From assembly GCA_045837725.1 (NCBI GenBank), contig JBEWZL010000077.1, positions 124,001-188,000 on the forward strand: a stretch of 64,000 nt of DNA. The letters are read 5' to 3'. Made by a program: the position numbers and the translations under genes. The notes under the pieces are model-generated. The model had not been told where the DNA came from. It did no database searches and saw only the letters and a program-made list of their open reading frames with translations. Below, in pieces: positions 27,101 to 39,900 of this stretch. Source of the stretch: Vermamoeba vermiformis (lineage: Eukaryota). Position 1 is the first letter of the stretch, and each line of letters begins with the position of its first letter.

Positions 27101-28094
27101 GGAGAATGAATCACGTCGTGCTACTAATCAATGTGCTTGTAGTATCGAGGTCAAGACGTTGCAGTGAAGATGTTGAAGATGCAAGACATGCCTGAAGAGA
27201 TGTTGGATGAGTTCGATCGAGAAGTTGATCTCATGAACAAGTTGCGACACAAGAATATTGGTACGTGCATGCTTGCTTGTTTATAGCACTCGTACTGGTT
27301 CTAATAGTCGTGCATAGTTCAATTCATTGGTGCATCAAAAGTCATTGGTCGCTTCGCGCTTGTAACTGAGTTCATTCAAAATGGCAACGTGTCAAAGGTA
27401 AGAACGAACCATCCATTAAATCAGTACTAACAGACTGTAGTACGCGATTAAAGCCAGTAAAGTGAGCTACGGATTCAAGCTGCGTGTCGCACTTGATGCA
27501 GCACAAGCAATGGTGTTTTTGCACCAGAATCACATCTTACATCGCGACTTGAAGCTCGATAATCTGTTGGTAAGTGACACTTCGTACTGGTCTTTGACAC
27601 TTTGTTTGACACGTGTCATTTTTACAGTGCGTGTCAACCGACCCCGATGACCCTGTTGTTGCCAAGCTAACGGACTTTGGAACGTCGCGAGCTGTCTCGG
27701 AGAAGATTTCTAACTCTTACACTGGTAAGATCTGAAACTTTATTGTTACTGCTTCATCTCTAATGTCGGACTAGTTGGCATTGGTACCCCAATCTACATG
27801 GCTCCTGAAATATTAGCGAAAAGTCCTTACGACACCAAGTGCGATGTGTACAGCTACGGGGTGATGTTGTGGGTGCTTTATTGTCAAAAAGAGCCTTATC
27901 AAGGCATCGAACACAGTTGGGAGATTGCGCGATATGTCACCGAGGGCAATCGTGAAAAAATTCCAAGTAGCTGCCCGGATGAATTCAAAGAGCTGATTGA
28001 ACAATGCTGGGCGCAGGATCCTAACCAGAGACCAACATTCGAAGAGATTTGCAAGAGATTAGAACAAATGGTCGAAGAAAATGGTACGAAGTAA
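24197..28094 (+). CDS. Receptor kinase K3, apparently disrupted (exon-3 frameshift; transposon in last exon); candidate pseudogene
   Basis: Signal MNKLLLICVVAILLCSTDA and the full paralogous architecture. The frame breaks at the A-run 24858-24862. The stop at 28092-28094 lies inside the inserted element, and the native tail resumes at 29269-29340. Confidence 0.8.
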
Positions 28095-28189
28095 TAACAG
28101 GAGACACAGTGGAATAAAAAGGTTGGTCAGAACTTTTGCCAAACTTTTGCACGTTGCAAACCATTTGCCGAACATGGTCTAATCTTTTG
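28083..28189 (+). repeat. Left terminal inverted repeat
   Basis: ggtacgaagtaataacaggagacacagtgg...catggtctaatcttttg pairs with 29154-29260. Confidence 0.92.
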
Positions 28190-29153
28190 TTAGCCATAAT
28201 TACGTGCAGGGGTGATCGTTGTTTGTTCACATCTCGCTAGATCGGTAGACCACAGATCACTAAATACCAAAATTGGATTCCAGTCAATCCAACATGCATT
28301 GTTTAATCAAAATCAACAGAATTACAGCCATGAGTGTCGAGTTTGCGTTGGTCTGTCAGATGGCAAGATCGGATTTGATTTATTTTACATTCACCTGCTG
28401 CTGGACTGCAAATTCCTCGTGCCCTTATTTTAACCATATTATGTTATCATATCCAGCGTGATTATAATATTATTTGAATTTTTTGGGGTGAGATTCGCGC
28501 AATTTATTGGTCGATCTTTGTTGCGCTTCGCCGTCCATTGCAAAATATCGGAGAGCTCTAATTTCGTCAAGAGCATAACATTTACACATTAAAGTAATGG
28601 AAAAGAGCTCAACATGACCATGATTTAAGAAAAAAGTAAATAATTTTCAATCCGGTCACAAATCTGAGTGATCCTCTCCAAAATTAAAATATCAACCCAA
28701 TTTAACTCCTGATGGCAGCCAGTCGACAAAAACCATAATAAAGATACCATTATGGCATAAGGAAAGAAGGAAAAAGCATGTTCAAGCTGAAAATGAGTGA
28801 TCCGACCATAATTAATATTTCCAAGGAGGCGAATCTCACACTAGTAAATGCCGAATATTTACCAAAATAATTTCAAATGTATATACGTGCCTTTGTGCAC
28901 GATGATGTACCTCAAATATTGCTGTGGAGGTGTTAGTATTGAGGATTTGACGCATCTCGCCATCCAGCCAAATCTGCCTCCTCACTTAATTGCATATATA
29001 AACCGGTGAATCAATCTAACAATAAGCTTAAGCCTTGTAGCGCTGTCGTGTGCATCACCTCAAACAATTAAAATAAGGCTCTGCTCAAAAATTGGCTTGT
29101 TTTTCTCGGCGCAGAAAAAATTGGGCCAGAATTTTCAGGTTAAAGGAACACGG

Positions 29154-29260
29154 CAAAAGATTAGACCATGTTCGGCGAATGTTTTGCAACGTGCAAAAGT
29201 TTGGCAAAAGTTCTGACCAACCTTTTTGTTCCACTGTGTCTCCTGTTATTACTTCGTACC
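29154..29260 (-). repeat. Right terminal inverted repeat
   Basis: caaaagattagaccatg...ccactgtgtctcctgttattacttcgtacc is the reverse complement of 28083-28189. Confidence 0.92.
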
Positions 29261-29519
29261 AAGAAAATAACAAAGTTTTGTCTACGAGCAGATCTCCGAA
29301 AACTCCACGACTTAACCGGTGGAAGAAGTCAAATAATTAAGCCCTATGCTTGTACATTATTATTTATTAATAACCTGAAATTTGAAACGAATCCGAATTT
29401 CTAAATTTAGAAAAATTGCCTGTCAAAATTGTTCGCGCTGAGATTAATGTAGCCCCGAAATTTGGTATTGAATTAATTGCGTAAACAAAGCCACCACAGT
29501 TTACTTCTATGAAGCAAGC

Positions 29520-32500
29520 ATGCGGTTGTGGCTTATTTATCTAATTGGGCTGTCAATTGCTGTGTCTTTTTCAGATGCAATTACAATTGCCAATGCAACC
29601 GATTGGAAAAGCATGGGCACGTTTACGGCCACAAACGGTATTGGCTATACTATATACAAGCCCGTATGCACAGGTAAAAACTTTTGTAACGATTTTTCTA
29701 TTCAATTAAATAACAATTACAAGTTAATTTCTCGCAATACCGCGTAATAGTATAAATTCATTTTGAAACGGCTACTTGAGGGTTTATAATGTTATAAAGA
29801 GAAAAAAAATTGATTCATGCCGAAACCATCGGTTATTTGGGTTCGATCTACAACTTTGGTGATCGGAAATTAATTCCTCGGTTTTATTTAGGACGATTTA
29901 AGTTAGGAGACGTTATAGTCCCTTCGAGTAGTAGTGCTACCACAATGTCTAACTTTATGGTATGCGTACTTGGCGATAGCAGCGAAATTCGAGAAGCCAA
30001 TACTGCAACCTACATTAACACGAAAGTCACCGCACACCTGAATGAATCTTATCCGGATAAAGGTATGTAATCATACCGAGTGTCCTCGGGTTTAAACTGT
30101 CAGTCAAGATCTGTCAGCGAATTTCTGATTTTTGTGGCAGTAACATACAAGGTCCCTGGAGTTGTATCTTTAAATTCTTTGACCTGGCTTGGCGTGTCTG
30201 TAAATTGGGCTGGAAATACCGGAAGTACCAGCGCGAATTCAGATCTGCGTGGATACGGAGTTTTAACTCACCCGAACTGTACTTTAACGGTATGTATTTA
30301 TATCTATCGATGTGTTAATAATTAATTATTATTATAGCCTTGCACTGGTTCAACAATTACGTACGCATTTGGAACCCAAAACTTCGGTTTGTACGATGGT
30401 TTGAGCCTAGTCAATATCACAACAGGCCAAACAATGCCCCTGTATCGCACTGCCTCCGATAGCAACTCGGCGGACATGATACCCTACTGTCTTTCATTGA
30501 GCTGTAAGTCATCACCAAACCGAGATTTCAATACCAAAAGTAGGTCTAATGCGCGACAGGTTTTTGTCCGGATTGCCTTCACGGCACGTGCAATCCACTC
30601 ACTTCGAAGTGCACGTGTGACCCTGAGTGGCGTGGAACGAACTGCGACACTGATGTGGATGAGTGCGAACGACACACTGACAACTGCGATCCTATTGCCA
30701 CGTGTATCAATCAGGTACCTGGCTATTCTTGTGGTAAGTAATATCAACACTTGCGAGATAGCTTTCGCACCGGCTTACAATTCTTTAGAGTGTCCAATTG
30801 GATACAACACAACTGACGGCGGTGTCACGTGCAACGGTAAGTCATCTCACTTTGTTGTGACGTCATATGTCTAATAGAAGCTAGACATCGATGAATGCAG
30901 CTACGCTAATGCATGTCCTGGTCAAGTCTGCGTTAATTTTGCAGGAGGATATCAATGCAACAATTGCACGGCTGGAAAAATTTACGTACCCGAGACGAAC
31001 TCCTGTGTCGGTATGTCATTTTTTTCCATTATATGTTGTCGTTCTAACAGCCATCAAGATGTGGCACAAGTCTACTCGTGTGGCGATGGAGTCCTGGACG
31101 GTACCGAACAGTGTGATCGCGGTATTGGCTGCTCAGCAAATTGCACGTGCAATTCCGGGTACACCCCACAGAATGCTACGGACTGTGCTGCAAGTACGTT
31201 CTAAAATCTCAATATCGTTACGCTAAACTGACGTTCATAGATTGTGGTAATGGAAAGCTCGATGACGGCGAAGAATGTGACGGAGGACTGGGCTGTTTGA
31301 GCTCTTGTGTTTGTGATGCATCGTTAGATTATATACCCAATAACGCGACTTCATGCACAGTCGGTAAGTGCTATTACTTGGGTCCGAAACATTCCTAACA
31401 AAGTTTTAGTGGCGTACAATGACGTGGATCCGTGCGCAAGATTTTCAGACTGTTCAGATTGCACGGCATTCAACTGCTTTTATTGCTCAATAACGGACAC
31501 GTGCTCTACTAACAGAATATCAAGTGACTGCACAGGTAAGTCTAATGACCTGATTTTGACACGTGTCAAACATGTCACTCACGCATGTTTAGCGTCTTGC
31601 CCGTCAAACTCAACGACGCCGGTTTACACTGGTGTTGAGCCCTCTGCCATCCCCGACAACAATTCGACCGTGATTGGCGATACGCCATCTTCAACAGCTA
31701 TTGGCGAGGGCGACGCTAATGCCCAGCAAGCAATGATTCAAAAGGTCGTCCCGGCAGTAGTCGTGAGTGGTGCAGCAGTGATTGCCGGTGTAGTTGTGTT
31801 AGTGGTGCTATTGAAGCGGCGACAAAAGAAAAAACAACGAGCGGTGCAAGTCAAAGTACCACTGCAGCGAATGAACTCGCGAACTATGTCACAACGATCG
31901 ATGTCTTCACGTGGATTGAATCGAAACAACACTTCCAAATATGGCATTGAAAGAAACACTATCAATAGTAACCCCGACAAGACTTGGGAACCACCAGCTG
32001 AGTCCGAGTTTGCTGAGGTCGATAAGATGCCATTCGATATGTCAAAGAAAATCGACTTCAACGTTGGCAGCAATCAGTTCAAGGTTGGTCAACAGTACAC
32101 TGACGTCATTACGATCACTGCAAAGGATAAGGTAAGTCGTACTAATAAAAAATGAAGCTAACACTTGCAATAGAAATCGTCAACAGCAGCAGGAGTTCCA
32201 TTCGCATTCCATCCGCCGACAACAAAGAAGCTCAAAATAGAGTTCAATCCGCCCTCAGGTGTCGTGAAGAAAGGCAAACCAGTTGAAGTTGAAGTGACAA
32301 TGACAATGCAAATGACAACTGAAATCGATGTTGACATTGGTGTGGAGTGCTCGTCAGAGAAGAAACACTCGTTCATCACACTTCATTTGATGAGTGAACT
32401 GTCATCGTTCATTGATCTCGATGAAGTGGTGCTTGAAGGAGGATCAGGAGCGAAACCAGTCGGTGATGGCGCCTTTGGTGTTGTGTACAAAGGAAAGGTG

Positions 32501-33569
32501 AGTTCAGACGGTTATCATACGCTGACTATTTAACCTAACGGTCATTGTGTATCAGTATCGAGCACAAGACGTCGCAGTGAAGATGTTGAAAATGCAAGAC
32601 ATGCCTGAAGAAATGTTGGATGAGTTCGATCGTGAAGTGGATCTCATGAACAAGTTGCGACACAAGAATATTGGTACGTACATGTTGCTCGAATGAAATT
32701 GCTCGTACTAACTTATTGGATAGTTCAATTCATTGGTGCATCAAAAGTCGTTGGCCGGTTCGCACTCATCACTGAGTTCATTGACAAAGGAAACATCGCC
32801 AATGTAAGTTGAACCGTTCGATACAAGGTGCAGCGCTAACCTCGCGTTAGGTCGTTCTCAATGCCAACAAGACCTTGAGTTACCCGTTCAAACTTCGCGT
32901 CGCCCTTGACGCAGCACGAGCGATGTTCTTCTTGCACGAAAATAAGATTCTTCATCGCGACTTGAAGCTCGATAACCTCTTGGTAAGTGACACTTTCATA
33001 CTTGTCTTTCACACTTTGTTTGACACGTTTAATGTTTAGTGCGTGTCAACGAACCCTGATGACCCAGTTGTCGCCAAGCTGACAGACTTTGGAACATCAC
33101 GCGCTGTCTCCGAGAAGATCTCAAACTCCTACACTGGTAAGTGCTGTCGCTTCTTTGTATGGTTACGCTAATCTGTGTTTTGTCAGTCGGCGTCGGTACT
33201 CCGATGTACATGTCACCTGAGATTCTCGCAAAGAAGCCATACGACACCAAATCAGACGTGTTCAGCTACGGTGTGATGTTGTGGATTCTGTACTGCCAGA
33301 AAGAGCCCTACAAGAACATCGAACACAGTTGGGAGGTTGCGCGATTTGTTATGGAAGGTAATCGTGAGAAGATTCCGAAGGACTGTCCTGTGGAGTTCAA
33401 AGAGCTGATTGAACAGTGCTGGGCACAAGAACCGAGTGAACGACCAGAGTTCGAACAGATCGTCAATCGACTTGAACAGATGCTGCAAGACAGCAGCGAG
33501 GCACCTGTATCGCCACGATCGCGCTCGCTGTCGTCTTCTATGAAGTTAAAGAAATCCCTCAATAAGTAA
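29520..33569 (+). CDS. Receptor kinase K4
   Basis: Signal MRLWLIYLIGLSIAVSFSDA, EGF/Cys repeats, TM VVPAVVVSGAAVIAGVVVLVVLL-KRRQKKK, complete kinase motifs, stop at 33569. Confidence 0.9.
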
Positions 33570-33817
33570 GTGTCTTTGAAAATTCCAGAAATCGCCAACG
33601 AGCAAGTGCTTGCCCGGCAAAAATAGTTTAGTTTGCTTGTATTTGCGTCTGGGGAACAACCGAAACCCTGTATTTAATATCGTTATTTTTATTGTTATAA
33701 CAATAAAGTATTACAGCGTTACCTTGTCTCCCAGGATTTTTTGTAAACGTTCTTAAAGAATCTTCGAAATCCGAATCCACAATTTGGTAACTGAAAAATA
33801 GAACAGCGCCATGAGAA

Positions 33818-36800
33818 ATGTCAAACAATAATCGAGGTAATTTTTGTTAATGCCAAATGATTATTTAAATTTAAAACCAAAATATGATTTTTTGAAATCT
33901 GAAACCTTGGTCCAGGACCGGTTAGCTCAACAAGAAAACTTACATCAAAGAGTTCGCTATCTAGAAATACCAAAGGCAGCGTAACCTCGGCACCTACTGC
34001 GGAGACAAGGGAAAAAAGGGAAAAGACTGCGCAGGGATCGACAAAGTAAGTTAATCTGTACGTGTTAATGAATAGCTAACACTCGCGTTAGCCCCTTATC
34101 GACATCTTCTGCAAAGAATCCTGCGCCTAGCCGGGTAATCGGAACTGTTGGAACGCGATCAACTGCGGCTGCAAAGAAACCGCCTGTTGCTAGACAAATC
34201 CCGAAGGAAATTAAACCCCAAAAAAGTGAGCTCGTGACCAAAGGCAAGGAGAAAAATGCACCAAGAACCAAGACTACCGTTGTTGTCGTCAGAAGCACCG
34301 TGGATTCACCTGCGACGGATGCACCAGCTTATTTGACAACTGATCCAAGATATTGGAGCGCGAACGACGTTGCACAATGGGCTAAAGAAGTCTTACAATG
34401 GGACGACGACGAAGCCGACGTTCTAGTCCAACAACGTTTGAAAGGAGTTCGCTTGCTCAGCTACGAAAACAACGAGGATGCATTCATTCGAAACCTCTCT
34501 TCTAGTATTCCCATACACGCACTGCATCAAATGTTTTCCCAAATAGCCGGTCTTTCCGAAAAGTCGAAGATGCGACAAGCCAAAAAACGACCAGAATCAG
34601 AGGTAAACAAGGTATTGATTTTAGTCATTACTAACGAAACAAAAGGATATTTCGGAGTTTATCTTAAGCAAGATTGGTGCGTCATTTCCGTTCGTTGGTC
34701 GAAAGAAACTTTTGGATTCACTGCTGGACTCCGTTCGGAAGGACTATAAACTACACTTAGAAGTGACAGCAATGCGACTCAAGTCCAAAGAAATCAGATC
34801 CGGGGGCAAAACTGCCGCATTCAACTTTCTTTACGGTGCACCTGGCATTGGCAAGACGCGATGTCTTTATGAGTTGATGAGAAGTATAACGGCGAATGGT
34901 AACGCTCTTATATGTTGTTATTTACTAACGAAAAACAGAGCACAACGTTCTTCCTGCCATCAAAAAATGGCATCCAATCTTTTTGACGTTCAAAAATGGT
35001 TTTGCTATTATAGAAAACGACCGAAAATGGCCAGCAGATATCATGCTAGCCATCCGAATGCTCAGATCTGAACTTTTTCTGGAAAAAACTTTGCGAGATT
35101 GTTGCAACGAGTTTGGTCCAATGAGATTATCAATATCAAAAGCTATTCAGCTTATTTCACAAGCTTACGAATTGGACAATCATTGTGGGATTCTTTTAAT
35201 AATTGACGAGATCAACCAGGTACAATCCTATTGTTAACCTCAGCCAAAAGCGATGTCGCTGACCTGACCTCTCTCAGTGCTTTGAAGCAACGTTGCCACG
35301 TGACTATGTAGCGACCATGCTGAGAGGACTGGCTAATGCTAAGTCACCTGAACTCCCGTATGTATTGCCTATCTTTGCTGGTACATCTTTCGTTGGATTT
35401 TCAGAACAAGTCAAGGCCTCTAGCTTTGTATTGACTGAACACCCCCTTGGACTACTGTCAATCAAAGATGTTATCTCCATGGTAGACAAGGTAAAGGCCA
35501 TTTCTGAATTTGTATTTAAGTTAACTGACAGCATTCAGATTCAACAACAAGGACTCATACCACTCTTTCATAACGCAGTTGCTTTTATGCAATTACTGCG
35601 TGATTGTGGTGGCCTTCCTCGTTTTATTCAATTTGTGTGCGAAAATGTAGCGGAATACCACGAACAAAATCCAACGCTTCCAATGGTCCAGTGGGATTGG
35701 GTCCATATTCTAGAAACTTGTATCATAAGTATTGGATCAGCATACCACGAAATACCTCGTGAGGCTTTAGTGGACTGTCTTCTCGGCACACCTGTGACAC
35801 GTCAGAACATGATTGGAAACAAAAACTGGGGCCAGTTGGAAATGAGTGGAGCTATTGTGATCATCAACAATGTGCCTGTCGTTCCCTTCTTAGGTTTGCT
35901 TAATTTTGCACGTCGAACCCAAGACACATATTTAACTGAACTATCCATCTGGCCAATGCTCAACGCACCTCCACCAATTGAAAAATGCTTCAATTGGCAA
36001 GACTGGGAGCAGTTCAATGTGGAGTTTGCAGTGATGAAGCTAAAGCTGTTGTTTAAGGTATCTCAAGGTCAGTAACTGTTTTGAGCTATTAACTCGATTT
36101 AATTGTTATGTCTGAAGGCTCAAATGTTCCTTTGGATCAGTTCTTCTCCAACGCAATCAAATGTGGTGAGGGTATTAGAAAAACAATCTGGAATACTGTG
36201 GTAGTTCCGTGCACACCAACAGCTATCAGGTCTAGACATCAGCTCGGTGACAGGGTCCCACTTGTTTGTGTAGAAAATAATCACGAGCATCCATTCCCAC
36301 AAGCAGGACAGAGCATCAAGAATGGCATTGGTGGGGCAGCTGATGGAATATTAGTACTGGAATGCTTAATCAACTCAAGCAAAAAACCAGAACCGTTGTT
36401 GCTGTTCTATTCCATGAAATGGACTGAAGACACAATGCTGCTTAAGCATGAACCTCCACTTGACCTTAATACAATTGAAGATGAGGTTGCCAAAATGTCA
36501 GCACAATTCAACTATTTACCAGCAAAGAAGCTTTTCGTGATTTGCACCGGTAGGACTTGTGATGTGGATGATGACGATTTGCCAGCCGACACTATTGTCA
36601 TTCACAAGGCAACGTTCAAAAGCTACTTTGGACCTACATTCGAATCGCGAGCTGTGTTCACGAGTGGTAAGAGCAGGAAATCAGATTTTAGTGTACTAAC
36701 TTAACGTAGTTTCTCCTCGTCGAAATCCGAACACTGCAAACCCGCTTGACTTTTTTGGGGTTGGTACTGCATCTGCAAAGAAGGTTCACAAGGCATTAGA

Positions 36801-36900
36801 AGAAGGTCAAATTGAGAGCACAGAACAATTTTTGGCATTGACACCAAAGAAGTTTCATGATGTGATCTGTCGACAACTTACATTTGATGATGAGGATTGA
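33818..36900 (+). CDS. Crinkler/RHS (CR)-effector-like protein: low-complexity N-terminus, SAM-like domain, P-loop NTPase, restriction-endonuclease-like domain, HhH-like tail
   Basis: Spliced model from ATG 33818. SAM-like WSANDVAQW...LVQQRLKGVRLL, FPFVGR, Walker A LYGAPGIGKT, Walker B LLIIDE, GGLPR. C-terminal NGIGGAADGILV...FYSMKW. Last exon NPNTAN...GVGTASAKKV, TGA at 36898-36900. Confidence 0.75.
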
Positions 36901-36933
36901 AGAGCGTCTTCAGTTATGCACAATCTTTCTTGT

Positions 36934-39900
36934 TTATTTTCTGCGTGACCGAGAAAGCATTGGATTCTCAACTGTGTCTTGAACAATCTTTTCAAGTCGT
37001 TCAACAATCGTTTGAAAGTCTGGTCGTTGTTCTGGATCTTGTGACCAACACCGTTCAATCAGTTGTGCAAAGTCACTTGGACAGTCTTTTGGAATCTTCT
37101 CACGATTACCGTCAACGATAAATCGTGCGATATCCCAACTGTGTTCGATGTGTTGATAAGGTTCTTTCTGACAGTATAGGATCCACAACATTACACCAAA
37201 GCTGTACACGTCAGATTTTGTATCATAAGGCTTCTTTGACAGGATCTCAGGAGACATGTACATTGGAGTGCCGACACCAACTGTCAAACGAAAAGTCAGC
37301 ACGAACAACGAATGAAGTTACTGACTGGCTTACCAGTGTATTGATTTGAGCTCTTCTCGGACACTGCTCGCGATGTTCCAAAGTCTGTCAGTTTGGCGAC
37401 AACTGGATCGTCAGGATTTGTTGACACGCACTAACAAATAAATAAAATGATACGTGTCAGATCGAAAGTGTCAATGTGTCATCGTCTCACTTACCAAGAG
37501 GTTATCGAGCTTCAAGTCACGATGAAGAACTCTGTTCTCGTGCAAGAAGAACATCGCTCGTGCTGCGTCCAATGCAAAACGAGCTTTGAGTAAGAAGTCA
37601 ACTGGCTTGGTGGCTTTCAGAATGACCTGGCAAATGATCGTTAGAGCACATCCCTGCTCAACGTCTGACTTACATTTGCTACGTTTCCTCTTTCAATGAA
37701 CTCAGTGATGAGTGCGAAGCGACCAACGACTTTTGATGCACCAATGAATTGAACTATCCAATAAGTTAGTATGAGCAATTTCATACGAGCAACATGTACG
37801 TACCAATATTCTTATGCCTCAACTTGTTCATGAGATCAACTTCACGATCGAACTCATCCAACATTTCTTCAGGCATGTCTTGCAACTTCAACATCTTCAC
37901 TGCGACATCTTGTGCTCGATACTGATACAAAACGGTGATTAAACTCGGAATCTATTGTATTAGGAGAGCCTGGTGAGGTTACCTTTCCTTTGTACACAAC
38001 ACCGAATGCTCCATCGCCGACTGGTTTCGCACTCGATCCTCCTTCGAGCACTATCTCCTCCAAGTCAATAAACGATGATATCTCTCCCATCAAATGAAGC
38101 GTGATGAACGAGTGTTTCTTCTCTGACGAGCACTCCACACCAATGTCAACATCGATTTCAGTTGTCATTTGCATTGTCATTGTCACTTCAACTTCAACTG
38201 GCTTGCCTTTCTTCACGATGCCTGATGACGGGTTGAACTCTAATTTCACTTTCGATGTGGTTGGCGCATAAAGTGCAAATGACACTCCGCCTTGTGTCGC
38301 TCCTTTTTGCTCGAGCGTGGTGAGAACAAATCGGTCAATAGAATATTTACTCCGTACCTTGTCCTTTGACGTGATCGTAATGACGTCAGTGTACTTCTGT
38401 CCGACTTTGAATTGATTGCTGCCAACGTTGAAGTCAATTGGCTTTGACATGTCAAATGGCAGCTTGTTCACGAGAACGTATCTGATACAGCGTAAGTTTA
38501 CTGTAGTTTAGGAATCAAACGGACTTACTCCGAGTCGATCGCTGGCTCCCACGCTTTGTACTCGATCTTGCCAAGTGCATTGCGCTCGATTCCATATTTG
38601 GAAGTGTTTAGCGAATTTTTCACGGACATTCTGATGTTGTCCTTAGACTTTCTCTTTCTTCGCTTTCGTCGCATTAGAACAACGAACACAACCGCGCCTG
38701 CAATAACCGCTGCACTTCCACCGACAACAGCCGGTACGACTTTGACAATCAAGTCACCTGAAGCTGCAAGTGCTTCACCAGATGGTCGATCTAAAGGAGT
38801 TGAAATAATACTAGTATCGCCTCCACAAGTTGCTGAAAAAGAGTTAGTTTTAATTAGAGCGATGAAAACACGTTATTGGCTGCTTACACAGACAATCACT
38901 GGACACTCGATTCGTTGTGCACGTGCCTGTTGCGTTGCAATACAAGCAATTGAACGCTGCACACTGACTGCAGTTGCCGTTGAAGCGACCGCAAGCATCC
39001 ACTTCAAGCACTTCAAGCACACAACTGGTGTCATTTGATGATCTGTACCCAAGATTCGTGTTGCAGCGACACGTCGCATTCAAACAGCCAGCACCTCCGT
39101 CACATTCTTCATTTGAGTCCAGCACGCCATTGCCACATACTACAATGTCATGAGCTTCGTCTTAAGTACTCAATGCACTTACATTGCACGCAGTCCAGCG
39201 TTCCGTTTGAAACAAAGCCTTGCGAGCATTGACAAGCACTGTTGCATCCTACACCACGATCACATTCCTCGCCAGCGTCGAGCACATTATTGCCGCACAA
39301 ATAGTACTCAGAGGCAGCTGCAAAGTATTAGACAGAGTAGTTTTGACGCGTTGTTCGGGCACTTACCGATACAAGTTCCGTTGGAGAGTCGAATAAAGCC
39401 CATAGGGCAATTAGTACATACGAACGAGCCGGGTGTATTGGTGCAAGTCAGATTTTGAGCAGTGCAGTTGGCGAAGTAGGCTGGGATCTCACATTCATCA
39501 ATGTCTGATTGGCACGATTAACTATTGATCGTTAATATTTCATTAGCTTACCAGTGCAGTGTAAGCCGCCATCATTAGTCGTGTAGCCAGGATAGCACTC
39601 TAACAGCATGATTAGTTTAAGAATTTTCAAGAAAGGGTTGTCTTACTACAGTGGTAGCCCGGGGCATCGTTGATGCATTCAGCAAAAGCATCGCATTTGT
39701 CGACACCCAACTCGCACTCATTCACGTCAATGTCGCAGTTCGTTCCGGTCCACTGACTGTCGCATTGACATTGGCCGGTCGGGAATAAACACTGCCCATG
39801 GACGCAATTCGGACAAAGACCTACAACTCGTCAGCGCTTCTATTTACACATGAGAGGCTATTCTTACATGTCGCTGGAAGACACACTGGATACAATGTCC

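Larger units (their letters stand above)
28083..29260. mobile_element. Non-autonomous DNA transposon (1178 bp) with 107-bp TIRs and 8-bp TSD
   Basis: 28083-28189 is the reverse complement of 29154-29260 (3 mismatches by eye). Ends are GGTAC...GTACC. AAGAAAAT is directly repeated at 28075-28082 and 29261-29268. No long internal ORF. Confidence 0.92.

Noticed and set aside
28190-29153. Possible transposase remnant inside the TIR element
   Set aside because: Only short stop-interrupted ORFs, with no DDE motif I can support by eye.
33914-33990. GACCGGTTAGCTCAAC, resembling a tRNA 5' end
   Set aside because: No T-loop GTTCRA or cloverleaf follows, and it lies in a coding exon of the CR-like gene.
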